Counted from the whole stretch's first letter, positions 13,740 through 26,088 are shown. The stretch: 60,649 nucleotides of DNA, filler included, from Sphacelaria rigidula (GCA_964200075.2; 6 parts of 6 records of this genome joined end to end with filler, not necessarily neighbours in it), one strand, 5' to 3'. A program made the numbers and translations. Notes: generated by a model from the sequence alone, not told the origin.

Positions 13740-14440
13740 ACGGTTCTAACAAACTTCGTCAGCGTCTCCGCACGTTGATTTTTGACCGGCTTCTTTGTAA
13801 CAAGAAGGGGAAAGGTACACACCTAAAACATCACTGTGAAAGCTTTGGCAAAATTTTGTGCGTCTACAAAAATTGTTGCTCGGCAACTGGCAGCGCGATC
13901 CAGGACTAGCAATGGTTGTGGGGATGGCAACCCTGAAACTAAAATGGTGATTCGATAGCCTAACAGCGTGGCGGATGTCGGGAGTGACTCACCTTTGATG
14001 TCACGCTGACGGTTTAGCACAATGTATGTATTATTTTATGAGCTTGTTGTGCTAAACAATCACGTCGGCAGAGGGTGAACCGACCAAGCATCCAGTTACC
14101 AACATCTAGCAGAATATTTTGACAAACCTTCTCTGGATAGCTGATGTCATTACGCGAGCGATATTGGGTGTTTACGCACATCACACAGGAATTTGAGCAC
14201 TCCAGATCTTCAGCGGCAAAAATGGGTTGATGTGGGTGTGAAATCAACTCCCCAAAACTGACACGATGGCAGTGTGGAGTTCGGTCGCAAACCCCTGCCT
14301 TCTCAGGTACCAGTTTTTGGGCACACCACCCCGCACGAAATAACACCCACACAAATAACACCAAGAAGCGAATGGTAGGATTGGGTCAGGACGCCAAGAC
14401 CAACTGTCGTAGAGATTGCTTCATGTCCATACGTGTTCCA

Positions 14441-15262
14441 CACACGGGTGGCCGCTGGGGTGCCTGTAACCTCAAATTTGGACGTTGCAGACTGTTGGAA
14501 ATATTTGGTGTCTCGTGGCGTTTGGTACTGTTCTCGATACAGACCGATTACCGCCGCAGGGACAGTAGGTTAGCAGAGGTTGCACAGTGGTAGTCAAACC
14601 ACTTGCTTTTGCAGCAGACAGGAAGTCCAAGATAAAAATGGTGTTTGGGGCTCTTCACTTCGGCCGAACAAAGTCCAGGCAGCCTCTTTTGCAAGCAGAG
14701 TGCCGAGGAAATGAAGAAGAGCTGGGTAAGCTTGGTAAGCTTGGGAGAGTGATTGCAAGGGCGATAGACTACCGAATACAACCATGCTTAATCCTGGAAG
14801 AATCCAACACTCTACACATACGTAAGGTCTAATCGTATCATTCAATTCAACCTCGCTATTGCTGACGCGGTAGCCTTGCTAGCTTAGATCAACTGCAAAG
14901 TTGCACACAAGATATCCTGTAGCCTACGTGGCCTGAATACTCTGCTAGAGTATCTTGCATTGACAAATCATGGCAACACGCCTCCTGTAGTAGTATCCTA
15001 CCTGAAACGTCATTCACACAGGTAGACTATAAATCAATACAAAAGAGGTACTCTCCGTGAAAAGGATACTAATGAAACGGTCTTACGTGGTTCGTTGTTT
15101 CGTTGAAACGCAACAGGTTGTACCGCTATCTTTTGCTGCAACAACTCTATTCAAACATAATGAATATAGACTAAATCGTCTAGATTTTTCCAACACAGAC
15201 GTCGCACAAGGTCTGTAACGTCCAAAATTGAGGTTGCAGGCACCCCAGTGGCCACCCGTGCA
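14441..15262. mobile_element. TIR element (~820 bp)
   Basis: cacgggtggccgctggggtgcctgtaacctcaaatttggacgttgcagac is inverted relative to gtctgtaacgtccaaaattgaggttgcaggcaccccagtggccacccgtg. Confidence 0.75.
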
Positions 15263-16256
15263 CCCCTTGAACAATGACAATACAAACCAAAGTTAGAAGG
15301 TACGAAATGTGTGGAATCGTAGCGCAATGCATTTCTTCCTGCGAGATTTTCCTTTCTGCAACTCTTGCAAAATCAAGGAACTACAACGTCCGCAAGAAAA
15401 TTCTACCCCGCACACATTGATAGTTGAGATATTAGTGCGATCTTCGGCGGAGATCTCATCGGATATCCCCTCGAACTGTTATTGTGCGTCATTTTCAGAT
15501 TTTCGTGGTTTCTTTCACAATCTTGAACCAAGCCGTGGTGAGACGACTAGAACTGAGCAATGCTGCGGTAGGGGCACACTTTTTTCGCGAAATATTGTCT
15601 AGTTCAGGGGCTCCTAACGATTCTAGATGCACAAGAATATGGGTCAGGGCATCCCCGTTTGCAGATTTATTCTGCATATCCCCAGCACATTGGGGTAGTA
15701 ATCCTGGCGTACTTTTACGTATTTTCATAAGTGGTGTTTTACATGAGATCAAGGGCTCCTAACAATTCTAATCTCAGGAAATATTTGCGCGCCCCTACCG
15801 TAGCATTACTCAACTCATGCAAAGGGCATGAACAGGCGAGCATCCCGAAAAATGGGAGTGCGGTTCGTATATGGGAACGAATGCAGGTAGAATTTGTAAA
15901 TAATAGCGAATAGAGATCGATATTGTTAATTATATTGGGGAGTGATTCCCGCGAAAAGGTACCTTTCGGTGGATTTAACGAGTGATCCTACGATTGGGGG
16001 AGTGGGGGTATTTTCGGCAATTTTTTCCCCAAAATTGCCGCTTCAAAACGTCGTTGAACAAAGCAGTAACTTTTTTTCGAGTGCGCTTGGCAACAATGAG
16101 GCCCGCTCATCCTCACCACTTGGCACAGTTTCAACCCAAATGCAAGCACATGCAAGTGTGTTAGGTGTCTGACACACCTTTGAGCCCCTATTTTCGTGGA
16201 AGCACCCCCCCCCCCCCCCGCCGCCGCCGCCCTTATCGTATGATCACTCTATCTGA

Positions 16257-18544
16257 CCCTCAGAAGGTAGGATGACTGAGGTCAGAAGCAGGCGAGATAT
16301 TTACCTATGCATGTGCCGGACACGCCCCGGTTTTGTTTAATGTGAGGTAGACCGAACACGACCGACATCACCGGACCGGGATGGGCATAAAGCTGAGTGT
16401 GTGAGAGACCAAAACGGAGCAAACCGCGCCCCGCCCATGATGAGTGTACAGGGCGGTGAACCTGAGATCCTCTACTGTTGGATAGATCGTTGAACTCGAG
16501 AACAAAGCAGCAGCAGCAGCAGCAGCAGCCGCAGTATGTTGCTTGCGACGCATGAATCGATTGATGGATTTCGCAATCTATCTGACGATGTAACGATACT
16601 TGGTTACGACTTGTGCTTTTCGGCGAACACCAACACAAGCACCCGACTGCCCACACTGCAGCTGCTGCAGCAGTATTGTGCAGTGTGCACAAAGCACACA
16701 GCGCTTGCACGCTGTCGCGGTCTCAGATAACACGGTGGTTGGGTGGGCGGTTTGGGTATCGAGTACATACATGTTCAATTGAAAATAAGGATGCCGATTC
16801 AACATGTATATGTATATTTATTACACAGGTTGTCTGCACGGCATATATACAGTAGTACACTCTGTACAGCGGACAACAGACGACAGTAGTACTACTGTAG
16901 TGGTACCTTCACAATGGTGTGGTCTCATGTCGCTGTTGAATCGACGAAATGATCACATAGTCATCAGTAAAGGCAGTTGGACAGCCGATTATCGAAATTG
17001 GAGATGGAGCTTTTCAATAAAGATAAGAACCCGAAAAATTAAAATCTTTGTATTAACATCAAATCTTCGAAATATGGTTCCATTCCTCCACCTACTGATA
17101 GCTATTAACAACTGCTACACGCCCTACAAACTTGGATTCCGAAAACCGAAATGTTGGGGTCCTAGATGAAGAAAACAAATTTGAGAATGTAGGTGATCCG
17201 GATCGCCGAAATTCCCCGAAACTGGTTCTTCACCTCAGTAGACCTTACAAACTGTACGTAAACAATGGTTGGTACTCGATTTTACTTGATTTCAGACTGA
17301 ACAAAGATCTGAGAAAATTCATGGTCTGGGGCAGGTGAGCAGTAGTGAGCAGTAGACCCAGCTCGTCCAAACCGTGTTTTCGTCCAAAATCGGCTCAAAG
17401 GCGTCGATTTGAGCTCTGGCAACGCACACTTTGCCCAGGGAACGCCCTGCACCCCCTTACCCGAGGGTTCTCGGTATGCCTTGGTCGGGGTTAGGGTTAG
17501 GGTTAGCGTTAGAATTGGCGGCATCTCCATTGTACCAACCATTGTTTATGTACAGTTCGTGAGGTCGCTTCCTTCACCTAGGACCCCAACATTTCGGTCA
17601 TCGAAATTCAAATTTGTATGACGTGTAGTACTTGTTCATAGCTACCGGTAGGTGATGGAAATCAATTTCGATGATCGGCTGTTATTTCGAAACAACTGTC
17701 TGAGCTCTCACATTATTACCGTAGCGTGTTTTTTGGAATTATTCTCCACGTTTCATCCATCTCCAACGTTTTACGTGGGGAACATTCGAACAATGCGGTC
17801 GCAGAACCAGTAACAGATACTGATACAACTGTTGGGTGTGCTGATACTCGAACAGCTCAAGGTAGAGTCCTTTCGGGCCGCACGTTATTACAACGGGAGA
17901 TCCCAAATGGAGACACCGTTGACCGAGGCAACGCATGGCATGCTTCACCCCAAAAATGGTGCTCCAGCGTGTCCTTCGCTCAAGTCTTGGTATAGCTATT
18001 TTCAATTGAACATGTACTCGATACCCAAACCGCCTACCCCGCCACCGTGTTATTAGAGACCGCGACTGCGTGCAAGCGCTGTGTGTTCTGTGCACACTGC
18101 ACAATACTGCTGCAGCAGCTGCAGTGTGGGCAGTCGGGTGCTTGTGTTGGTGTACACCGAAGAACACAAGTCGTAACCAATTATCGTTACATCGTCAGAT
18201 TTCGAAATCCATCAATCGATCCATGCGTCGCGAGCAATATACTGTGGCTGCTGCTGCTGCCGCTGCTGCTGCTGCTTCGCTCTCGTGTGTTTTCAACGAT
18301 CTATCCTAGAGTAGAGGATCTCAGGTTCACCGTCCTGTACACCCATCATAGGCGGGGCGCGGTCTGCTCTGTTTTGGTCTCTCACACACCCAGCTTTATG
18401 CCCGTCTCGATCATGCGATGCAGGGTCGTGTTCGTCCTACCTCACCCTCACAACAACGCAACAAACAAACTCCAGGGCGTGTCCGGCACATGCGTAGGTA
18501 ATATCTCACCTGCTTCTGACCTCAGTTATTCCACCATTCATGGG
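16257..18544. mobile_element. Fold-back element with ~520-bp inverted arms and a nested inner inverted repeat
   Basis: 16266-16790 is the reverse complement of 17995-18535, including the (GCA)n tract; the inner arms are ~16980-17170 and 17570-17685. Confidence 0.88.
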
Positions 18545-20152
18545 TATTATTTTCCAGCATTGTGTTCCCTCTTTCCTAACAATAACAATCCGAACCATCT
18601 CACCCCAACCCAACTCCAGACCCCATTTCCCCCAATCATTTAGAACTAGATCTACTCACCTATTATTATTTACAGTTTAGACCTTCGTTCGTTCCCATAT
18701 GAATCTTTCTTCAGGTGCTACGCACTTTCATTATGCTCTTGCCACACCTTGTGCAAAGGTAAGTCTAAACTCGACTCGACGTGCTTCTGAGTGGCTTCGT
18801 CAAAGCGTATCATTTTCATGAAAAAAACAAAAGGTTCGAACCCGCGGTGAGGCGAAACACCAATTGTATTCGCTGTATTGATTTTCCCTTACATCTGCGA
18901 TGTAACACGTGTGATACTACTCTTGCGTATCCCGATCAGCCGGTGGTCACGGCGTAGGCTGGGGTGGTATTCTGACTATTTACCGTCATGAGCTGGTAAA
19001 AGTTGCCAGCAACTGCAGGTTCGACTGGCACATGTCGCATAGGCAGGCTTGTTGGTCCATACTTGCATTGGCCGCCTTACCCCAAGAGGCGATGCTTCTT
19101 CCCCGAGATTGTGGTCGGAGCCACGTTTATGGGCAGCAAGTTTAAAGACGTCGGTGGGATTGAACTGCCTATGTGTTGCATGTGAACCATACTGACCGCA
19201 ATATTTTGTTTTAGAGTGCAGTCGATTTTTTACCGGTGACGGTCGACCAGGAAATTCCCGGTGTGGTCGTTCGTGGGCTCCGGGGTCCAAACGGCAAACG
19301 CGCCGTTCTGTTCCTCCCAATATCAAAATTTTGAACGCATTAGGATCACATCCCGTGTTTTCTTTCCGTCCCACGACAAAAACAGATAAAGGCGCCGGTA
19401 TACTTCACCGAAAAGTCCGGTGAAGTACAGTGCAGTTTACCACGATACGATACAATACAATACAATACGGTGACATTTAGTCCAGGAGATAGAGCGCACA
19501 GTGAAAAACGATGGTGGACTAGTACTCGATGCTTATGGATCGCACTGGTGTTTTTTCTGTAGAATGTACAGTACAATGGTAAAGAAAATATACCTGTACC
19601 CCGGGGCAACAGGCTCTTCTCACATATTGAGCCAAGACCTTCGTTCGACAAACAGCATTCATTCGTAACTTCATGGGGGAAAACGCCAACCCCGCTTTTT
19701 CTAACTACACAATATTGCCTCAAGTACTAACACCTCGTCGACAACAACGGCAACGACAGGAATACTGAATGTCGTGGACGACCCATTGTCTGTAATTGCC
19801 CTATGCTAAGCAGGAACATCGAAGCACTGCGCGCTTGTGCTTCTCCCTCAACAACAACAACAACGAAAGCTTGGCGGCGACGTGCTTGTCCCTGGACACC
19901 ACCTCTAGCGTGGTTGAGAACGCACCGCCGGGACCTACGGTCATGACCGCGTGGGCTATTGATGCACAGGGCCAAATTCTGTCTGATCGACACTCTTCAG
20001 CTGTTGAATTCCATGTGAGGGAGTAACGACAAGCTCCGATGGAGGGGAGCGTGGGTTTGGGAGGGGAGGGGGGGGGGGGGGCGGGTTTGTTGAGCTGCTC
20101 TCAATCCTATCCCTTTTTTTGGGGGGGGAAAGCTTCCCGTCTGTTTGTGTTT

Positions 20153-20252
20153 NNNNNNNNNNNNNNNNNNNNNNNNNNNNNNNNNNNNNNNNNNNNTTAA
20201 TTAATTAANNNNNNNNNNNNNNNNNNNNNNNNNNNNNNNNNNNNNNNNNNNN
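20153..20252. other. Artificial contig-joining spacer
   Basis: Same 100-bp N/TTAATTAATTAA/N structure. Confidence 0.98.
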
Positions 20253-20825
20253 GTATACCTTTTCTAGGCCATTGCCCAAAAATAAATTTGTGGTGCACAA
20301 CAAAATGCACAAACATCAAACTTCGTTGAACAACGTTTTCGTGAGATTGAGAGTAGAGCGCGGATTGAGAGTGGCTTTGATCATTCGCTTGAACTTAGTC
20401 AATCTTTCATTCCGTGTGTGCTCTTCTTTGCCTTCATCACTGCCGTGTGCTTACAGCTACACGTCGATATCCTACTCAGGGACATCAAGCGCCTCAGTGG
20501 CAAGCCACTATAGAAAGAATAATGGGCCTCGTGGTGGGGCATTTCGGAACTGAAACGAGTCATTCACTTATTGACCGCCTTTCACTCTCAATCGTATCCT
20601 CCACTCTCAATCTCACCAAAACATTGTTGTTATTGAACTACAGTTCTCTTTTCATGATGAGGTTTGTTTACAAAAACGCACAATTGACAACATGTATACT
20701 TGCTGCACAAAACTCATGTTGTCCAACTCAACACAAACTACACGCATGTGGGAACGAGCTGGGTCGTCATTAACTTGACCCGTGCGCTGTTTCTTCCGCA
20801 TGGGGATAAGACACAAAAATTCCAT

Positions 20826-20958
20826 ATCCTGGACAATAGAATACACGGTCAAAAAATGTACTGCGTACGATATGGGATCTATTGTCTATCGCAATAGACA
20901 ATAGATCCCATATCGTACGCAGTACATTTTTTTACCGTGTATCCTTTTGTCCAGGGTA
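20826..20958. mobile_element. Short palindromic MITE (CCTGGACAA...TTGTCCAGG) with a perfect 39-bp stem
   Basis: 20851-20889 pairs perfectly with 20894-20932 (4-nt loop); related copies at ~44217-44372, 45176-45323, 51285-51440 and 57218-57330. Confidence 0.85.
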
Positions 20959-21577
20959 TGAAAAATTCAAGAACAAAGGCCGCCGAGTAACCGTCAAACA
21001 CCATCAACAGGTACCCCAACGAGTTGTTGGTGTCCCAAGCTTCGCAACACCTCAGTCATGCTTCACAACGCGTAACAAATAACTCACTGACATACACCAA
21101 TCTAACCGTCGGTTCCCACAATCCAAAGTTGTCCCTCGACCGCGTTATCTACTATGCTTCTACCTACAAACCACGGACCCCCACTCTCGGCGAGATTGAG
21201 GCAAGTACTCATGCGCGCCCGAAAGCCACGGGCAAAGGGAAACATGCCAAGAAATGCTCGGGAGACCATACTCACTCATCACAGTGCAGTACGCAAACGT
21301 CATCCGACAATGCGCTCCCGCTCTGCCGCCCCCAACCCATCCGCGCAATAGCTTTCCTCAGCGCTCAGAAAACTCTGATTCCCAACAGATGCGGCGGAGG
21401 AACACCTGTTCACGGCCCCCCTCAGTGTCTATCTTCGGAGCTCAAGTGTGAAAACCCAAGCTCCGCGCGAGCGCAACATGCTCGAACCAGTGGAAGTCCG
21501 TGTTGGAGACCACCAAATGCGTCGAGAGATGACATGGGCCTGAAAATATCCTCGTACATCCTCCATATCGACAAGGG

Positions 21578-23182
21578 TCAGCTGTCCCAGCCGATATCAA
21601 CAGTACCATCTACATCCGAAACGGCCACGCCGTGCATCTCCTCTGCTTCGATCCGCGGAAGTATCATCGGTGCTGTTTTGCGGCACTTCTTGGCCGTCAC
21701 ATGAACCATATCGGCGGGAGCGTGCGCGGGACAGAAGACGGGACGCTTGCTGCCCGCGACGCCGTAGCTTGGCGTCGCCTGGCAGTTCACTACCGTACAC
21801 ATCGTTGCGAAGTTCACCATGTGGGGCTCCGCGTGCTGCGAGCAAAAGATAGCTATCGTTTCGCCGGCAACCCCGTAGATCGGATGCCTTGCGCAGTGCG
21901 CATGTGCACATCGCTTGAGTTTCACCTCCACCATGTGGGGCTCAGCGTGCTGCGGGCAGCAGGTGGCGTAGTGGCTACCCTCCGCGCCGTGAGTAGGTGC
22001 CCTACGGCAGCTGGGGTACGCGCAACGCTTCACGCGGACGTTGACCATGCCCTCCTCGGCATGCCGCGAACAGAGGGTAGCACTCGTGGTGCCCTCCATG
22101 CCGTACGTTGGTTGTCTATTGCAGTTTTCCGTGGCGCAGGTCTTCGTGTTGACGTTGATCATGCCGTGCAGGGCATGATCCCGGCAAAATTGGGCCTTGC
22201 CTCCCGCCATGGCGTAGCTCGGCCGCTTGCCGCACGTGCCCTCCGCACACAGCCTCTGTCGGACGTGAACCATACCTTTCTCAGCGTGTACGTTGCAGAA
22301 AATCCCGCATGATGTACCCGCCACGCCGTAGTTTGGTTGTTTGTTGCAGGCCTCCGCCGCGCATTTCTTGTCCTTGACGTTGGTCATCCCCTCAGTGGCG
22401 TGGTTCGAGCAATACATGGGTTTTGTGACGCCGTAGATCGCGAACCTGCGGCAGAGGTCTTGCGCGCAGCGTTTGGCCCTAACGTTTACCATGCCCTCTG
22501 GGGCATGCTGCGCGCAGAACTCCGCGTACTTGGTTCCGTCCACGCCGTAGACAGGGTTCGCTTCGCAGTCTTCGTAACGGCAGCGCTTGGTCCCCGGTAT
22601 TTTCACCATACCATCCTGGACGTGCTCCTCGCAATACGTGGGAGTCCTGCTGCCAATCACGCCGTAACTCGAGTACCTTTCGCAGCCCTCATGGTGGCAT
22701 CGCTTTCCTTTCATCAGCGGAACCATGCCCACCTGCGAGTGTGTGTCGCAGAAAATGGGACCCCTGCCGGGTATGCCGCAGGTCGGGCTGCTAGAGCAGC
22801 CCTGCGTGAAGCACGTCCTCTTGCCCACCACATACACCATACCCACTCTCCGGTGCGCGGCGCAGTACTCCGAACGGCCGCTGCCCGCCGCGCCGTAGCT
22901 CGGGTGCTTGTTGCAGTTTTCCTCCAGGCACCGCTTGCTGACCACGTTGACCATGCCGACCTCCGCGTGCTCGGCGCAATACAATGCCCTCTTGGTGCCC
23001 CTGATTCCGTAGTTGGGCTGCTTGCGGCAGTTTTGCGAAGCGCACTTTCTACTCGCCACGTTGACCATTCCCTTCAAGGCATGCGGGGCGCAGTACATCG
23101 CGCGCTTGCTGCCCTCGATCCCATAGGTGGGGTGTTTGAGGCAACCCTCGCACGCGCAAACGTTCTTGGGTTTATCTTTCAT
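21578..23182 (-). CDS. EsV-1-7 cysteine-rich repeat protein (13 tandem C-x4-C...YG...C-x2-H...GMV repeats), no intron within the CDS
   Basis: Longest ORF (534 aa). 13 repeats of ~35-39 aa, e.g. CASQNCRKQPNYGIRGTKRALYCAEHAEVGMVNVVSKR, match the EsV-1-7 motif of Ectocarpus siliculosus virus-1 and brown algal proteins. Start context is caaccATG; a possible acceptor (cgcctag) lies 9 nt upstream. Confidence 0.92.
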   Translation of the reverse strand: MKDKPKNVCACEGCLKHPTYGIEGSKRAMYCAPHALKGMVNVASRKCASQNCRKQPNYGIRGTKRALYCAEHAEVGMVNVVSKRCLEENCNKHPSYGAAGSGRSEYCAAHRRVGMVYVVGKRTCFTQGCSSSPTCGIPGRGPIFCDTHSQVGMVPLMKGKRCHHEGCERYSSYGVIGSRTPTYCEEHVQDGMVKIPGTKRCRYEDCEANPVYGVDGTKYAEFCAQHAPEGMVNVRAKRCAQDLCRRFAIYGVTKPMYCSNHATEGMTNVKDKKCAAEACNKQPNYGVAGTSCGIFCNVHAEKGMVHVRQRLCAEGTCGKRPSYAMAGGKAQFCRDHALHGMINVNTKTCATENCNRQPTYGMEGTTSATLCSRHAEEGMVNVRVKRCAYPSCRRAPTHGAEGSHYATCCPQHAEPHMVEVKLKRCAHAHCARHPIYGVAGETIAIFCSQHAEPHMVNFATMCTVVNCQATPSYGVAGSKRPVFCPAHAPADMVHVTAKKCRKTAPMILPRIEAEEMHGVAVSDVDGTVDIGWDS

Positions 23183-24276
23183 GGTTGCCGCCTAGGCGAA
23201 GAGTCGCTGCCTGTGAAAGGTGTTGGGTCGATACATATTTCAGGGAAGGTAGGGTGTTTGCGTCAGAGGCAAAACGGTTCACGTGGGCGATCAGAGTCGT
23301 TTCGCGAACAAGGGATAACAGAAAACTGAAGCGCTTTCCGAATAGCGTACAACGACAAGGCGCCACTCAGGCGTCTCAGTGACGTAGAGGTCTACAGGGG
23401 TGTGATGGGTAGCTTTTTCTGAGCACCCACAATTTCGGTAGAGTATTGAGATCGAAACCAACCATCCCCAGATATTGGGTAGAGTAATGCGATCGTATCT
23501 AACTTAACCCAATATTCGGGTCGAGTCTGGGAGTCTGGGGATCGGACCATCACAACACCAAATTGGGGAAAGCAAATACCCGGGTATTTATCCTACCCAA
23601 TAGACCCTTGAAAGCTAGACTAGGTCGACGCAAGATGTACCTGGCACAAATGGACTTCTCTCACGTGGTCGTCCGGTCGTGGAATCAAAATTACCCCCAG
23701 ATGGACAGTCAATTAAACCTACAAGTAGCACAAAAAAATGATTGTCATGCGATGGCAAAACAGGACACCTCGTGTGACTACATCATGATCTACGACGGCA
23801 GGCACAAGCGAGTTGATGGCAAGCTCCTCCACCCCGATTCATGGTTCAAACGGCAGTAAAATCTTCACTGGAGTTCAGTCCCGACGTTGGTCACCATGAG
23901 GCCGACAAATAAAGTTTTGGGTTGGAGTGCAGGCAGTCTCGACAAGCAAGATCGGTTGAGTAGTTATCGCGGGGCGGAGCTCCACGGCACGCACATACTT
24001 AAATGATGTCGGGTTCGATCTGACACTACGCTGGAAGACACGCGTTGAGTTGGTTGGGGCATAACAGCGTCACGGGGAATGATCAATCGCCCAAAACACC
24101 ACACACCACACACACCACACAGATCAGCCACGGACATCGGACAACCAATGGTTGTAGTACAGGAAAACCGCCAAGGTAGATATAGTATCGTATCGGCCCC
24201 AATGAGAACAATGATAAAGTGTTACGAGCTGGGCCGGCAAAGGCTCCTTCGCCTCCTTCGCAACAGGTCACAGACC

Positions 24277-24535
24277 ATGCGCGGCGCAATTTTCCGAATT
24301 TCGGGGTGAATTTTTGACGCCGAGGAAACAACACTTGGGCCTACCACGTCAAAGCAGTCCTATCATCCTATTTTTTTTCAACCCCAACCCCGGGCGATGT
24401 GAGTTTTTGGGTTGTCTTTAGCTCCCTTGAAGTGAGAAAAAAACAGGAAGATTGCTTCGACAGGGTAGGCCTAAAAGTGTTGTTTCTTCCATGCCGAAAT
24501 TTCACACCGAAATTCGAAAAATTGCACCGCGCATC
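24277..24535. mobile_element. Palindromic MITE-like element
   Basis: atgcgcggcgcaattttccgaatttcggggtgaa is inverted relative to ttcacaccgaaattcgaaaaattgcaccgcgcat; the arms extend ~110 bp. Confidence 0.75.
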
Positions 24536-24677
24536 ATTTTCGCGTGATCATCATTATACCAAACGCCGCCGAGCCTCCGTGGTCCAGCGGTCGGACTGGC
24601 ACGACTAGACTGTTTCTCACGGACGTGTTCTTTTTTTGGGGAGGGGGGGGCTCCTCAGTCTTGTTGCCGATAACATA

Positions 24678-25283
24678 CTAGGTTATGTACGGCACGTGCC
24701 AAATAATTCGCCAGGAGGGAAGTACCGGCGATTCTGCCACGGATGACAACTTGGACGGGACGATGACAATGTGTTGACGGCTGCGCAGCGTGAGGTGGCA
24801 TCGACATGCACGAGTCTCGCACTCCCATCAGCCGCGTTGTACTTTTCATACTACACGCAGCACCCCCTCGGCCGCCACAGCTCCTTTCGGAACAACATTA
24901 CTGCGGAACCTTTCTGGTGCCGAACCCGGCGCAACATACTCACGCGAGTTGCAAACAGAAAAGGTACACCGCAGAGGAAACTGCGGCCGATTTTGCCACG
25001 TACGACAGCTGCGGTCGGACGATGAACTTCCCACAATGATCTTGTTCCGGAATGAGGCGTGGCGGCCAAGGGGGTGCTACGTGTAGTGCAGAAAGTATCA
25101 CGCACCTGGTGGGAGTGTGGGACTTGTTGTGAATGCGGACGCGGTCGATCCAATAGGGTGACCATACGCTGCGCAGCCGTGAATATGTATATTCCATCGT
25201 CCCACCACAGTTATCGTACGTGGCAGGGCCGCTGGCACGTTCCTCCCGGCGAATATTCTGGAATGTGCTGTACGTAACCTAGT
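24678..25283. mobile_element. ~600-bp palindromic element
   Basis: Ends actaggttatgtacggcac / gtgctgtacgtaacctagt; inner arms ctacacgcagcacccc...ggccgccac / gtggcggcc...ggggtgctacgtgtag. Confidence 0.8.
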
Positions 25284-25720
25284 CCATTAATCGGCACACG
25301 ACTTTTTTTGTCACACTTTCAATCTTTCCCCTACCTTAGGACAAGTCCGTGATCTCGAGGGACCAGCCCATCTCTCCTCACGTCATGCTTTTGACAGTGA
25401 AAATCATAGATTTCGAGAGAGAAAAAAAGCGTCTGCCCATGACATACGACATGGAGTCCGATGTTGCGTATGGATTAATGTCGTACCGATCTTTGGCTGG
25501 TGTCCCACGTATTCTATTTGTATCACGACAAGGACTTGCGGATGCGAGGGATGAAGTCTGGTTCGATGTGTGTGCCGCGTTATCAACATGTGAAACGGCA
25601 AAATCGATATGGGGTTCCTGTAGTGTAGGAGAGACGACGTTTTCTGGACTATTATAGCGGACCAACACAGTATCGTAATGTCTTCGCATGTCTTGGATTC
25701 TTGTGTCACCGTGACCTGCC

Positions 25721-26088
25721 GTCACCCCGGTGGCTGCGTTGGTAGTTTCGAAACTCTCCGGCGATTGGTACTCAGGTTCGAATCTCGGTGAAGTCACACG
25801 ACAACGATCTAGATCTTCTCTACATCATGCTCAACAGTGGAGAGGGACCATGCCGTGGGTACACAATATTCGGCTTCAGGGTAAACGAGGGAGAGGGACC
25901 GCTGAGCACTCCCGCGATAAAAAGGTAAGCACCGCAGATTGAAGGTGGAGCACTAAAACAAAGTAGAAAATAAATTTCCTGGCTGATACCTTCCACACAC
26001 CGGCTGATACGCCCACACAGACCGAATGGTTTACACTGGCCTTTAGAATACACGGGACGATAACACACGCACACACACACACACACGT
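25721..26088 (+). mobile_element. tRNA-derived SINE-like element
   Basis: A-box-like TGGCTGCGTTGG (25731) and B-box GGTTCGAATCTC (25775) at tRNA-like spacing; the body ends in a (CA)n tail. Confidence 0.55.

Noticed and set aside
16282-18643. Paired similar ORFs (142 and 198 aa etc.) as duplicated genes
   Set aside because: They are translations of the two arms of the fold-back element
21024-23329. Long + strand ORFs (226, 226 and 330 aa)
   Set aside because: Two are antisense shadows of the GC-rich EsV-1-7 CDS; the 21024 ORF has no recognisable motif
25721-25800. tRNA gene
   Set aside because: A/B boxes are present but no complete cloverleaf could be built; treated as a SINE head
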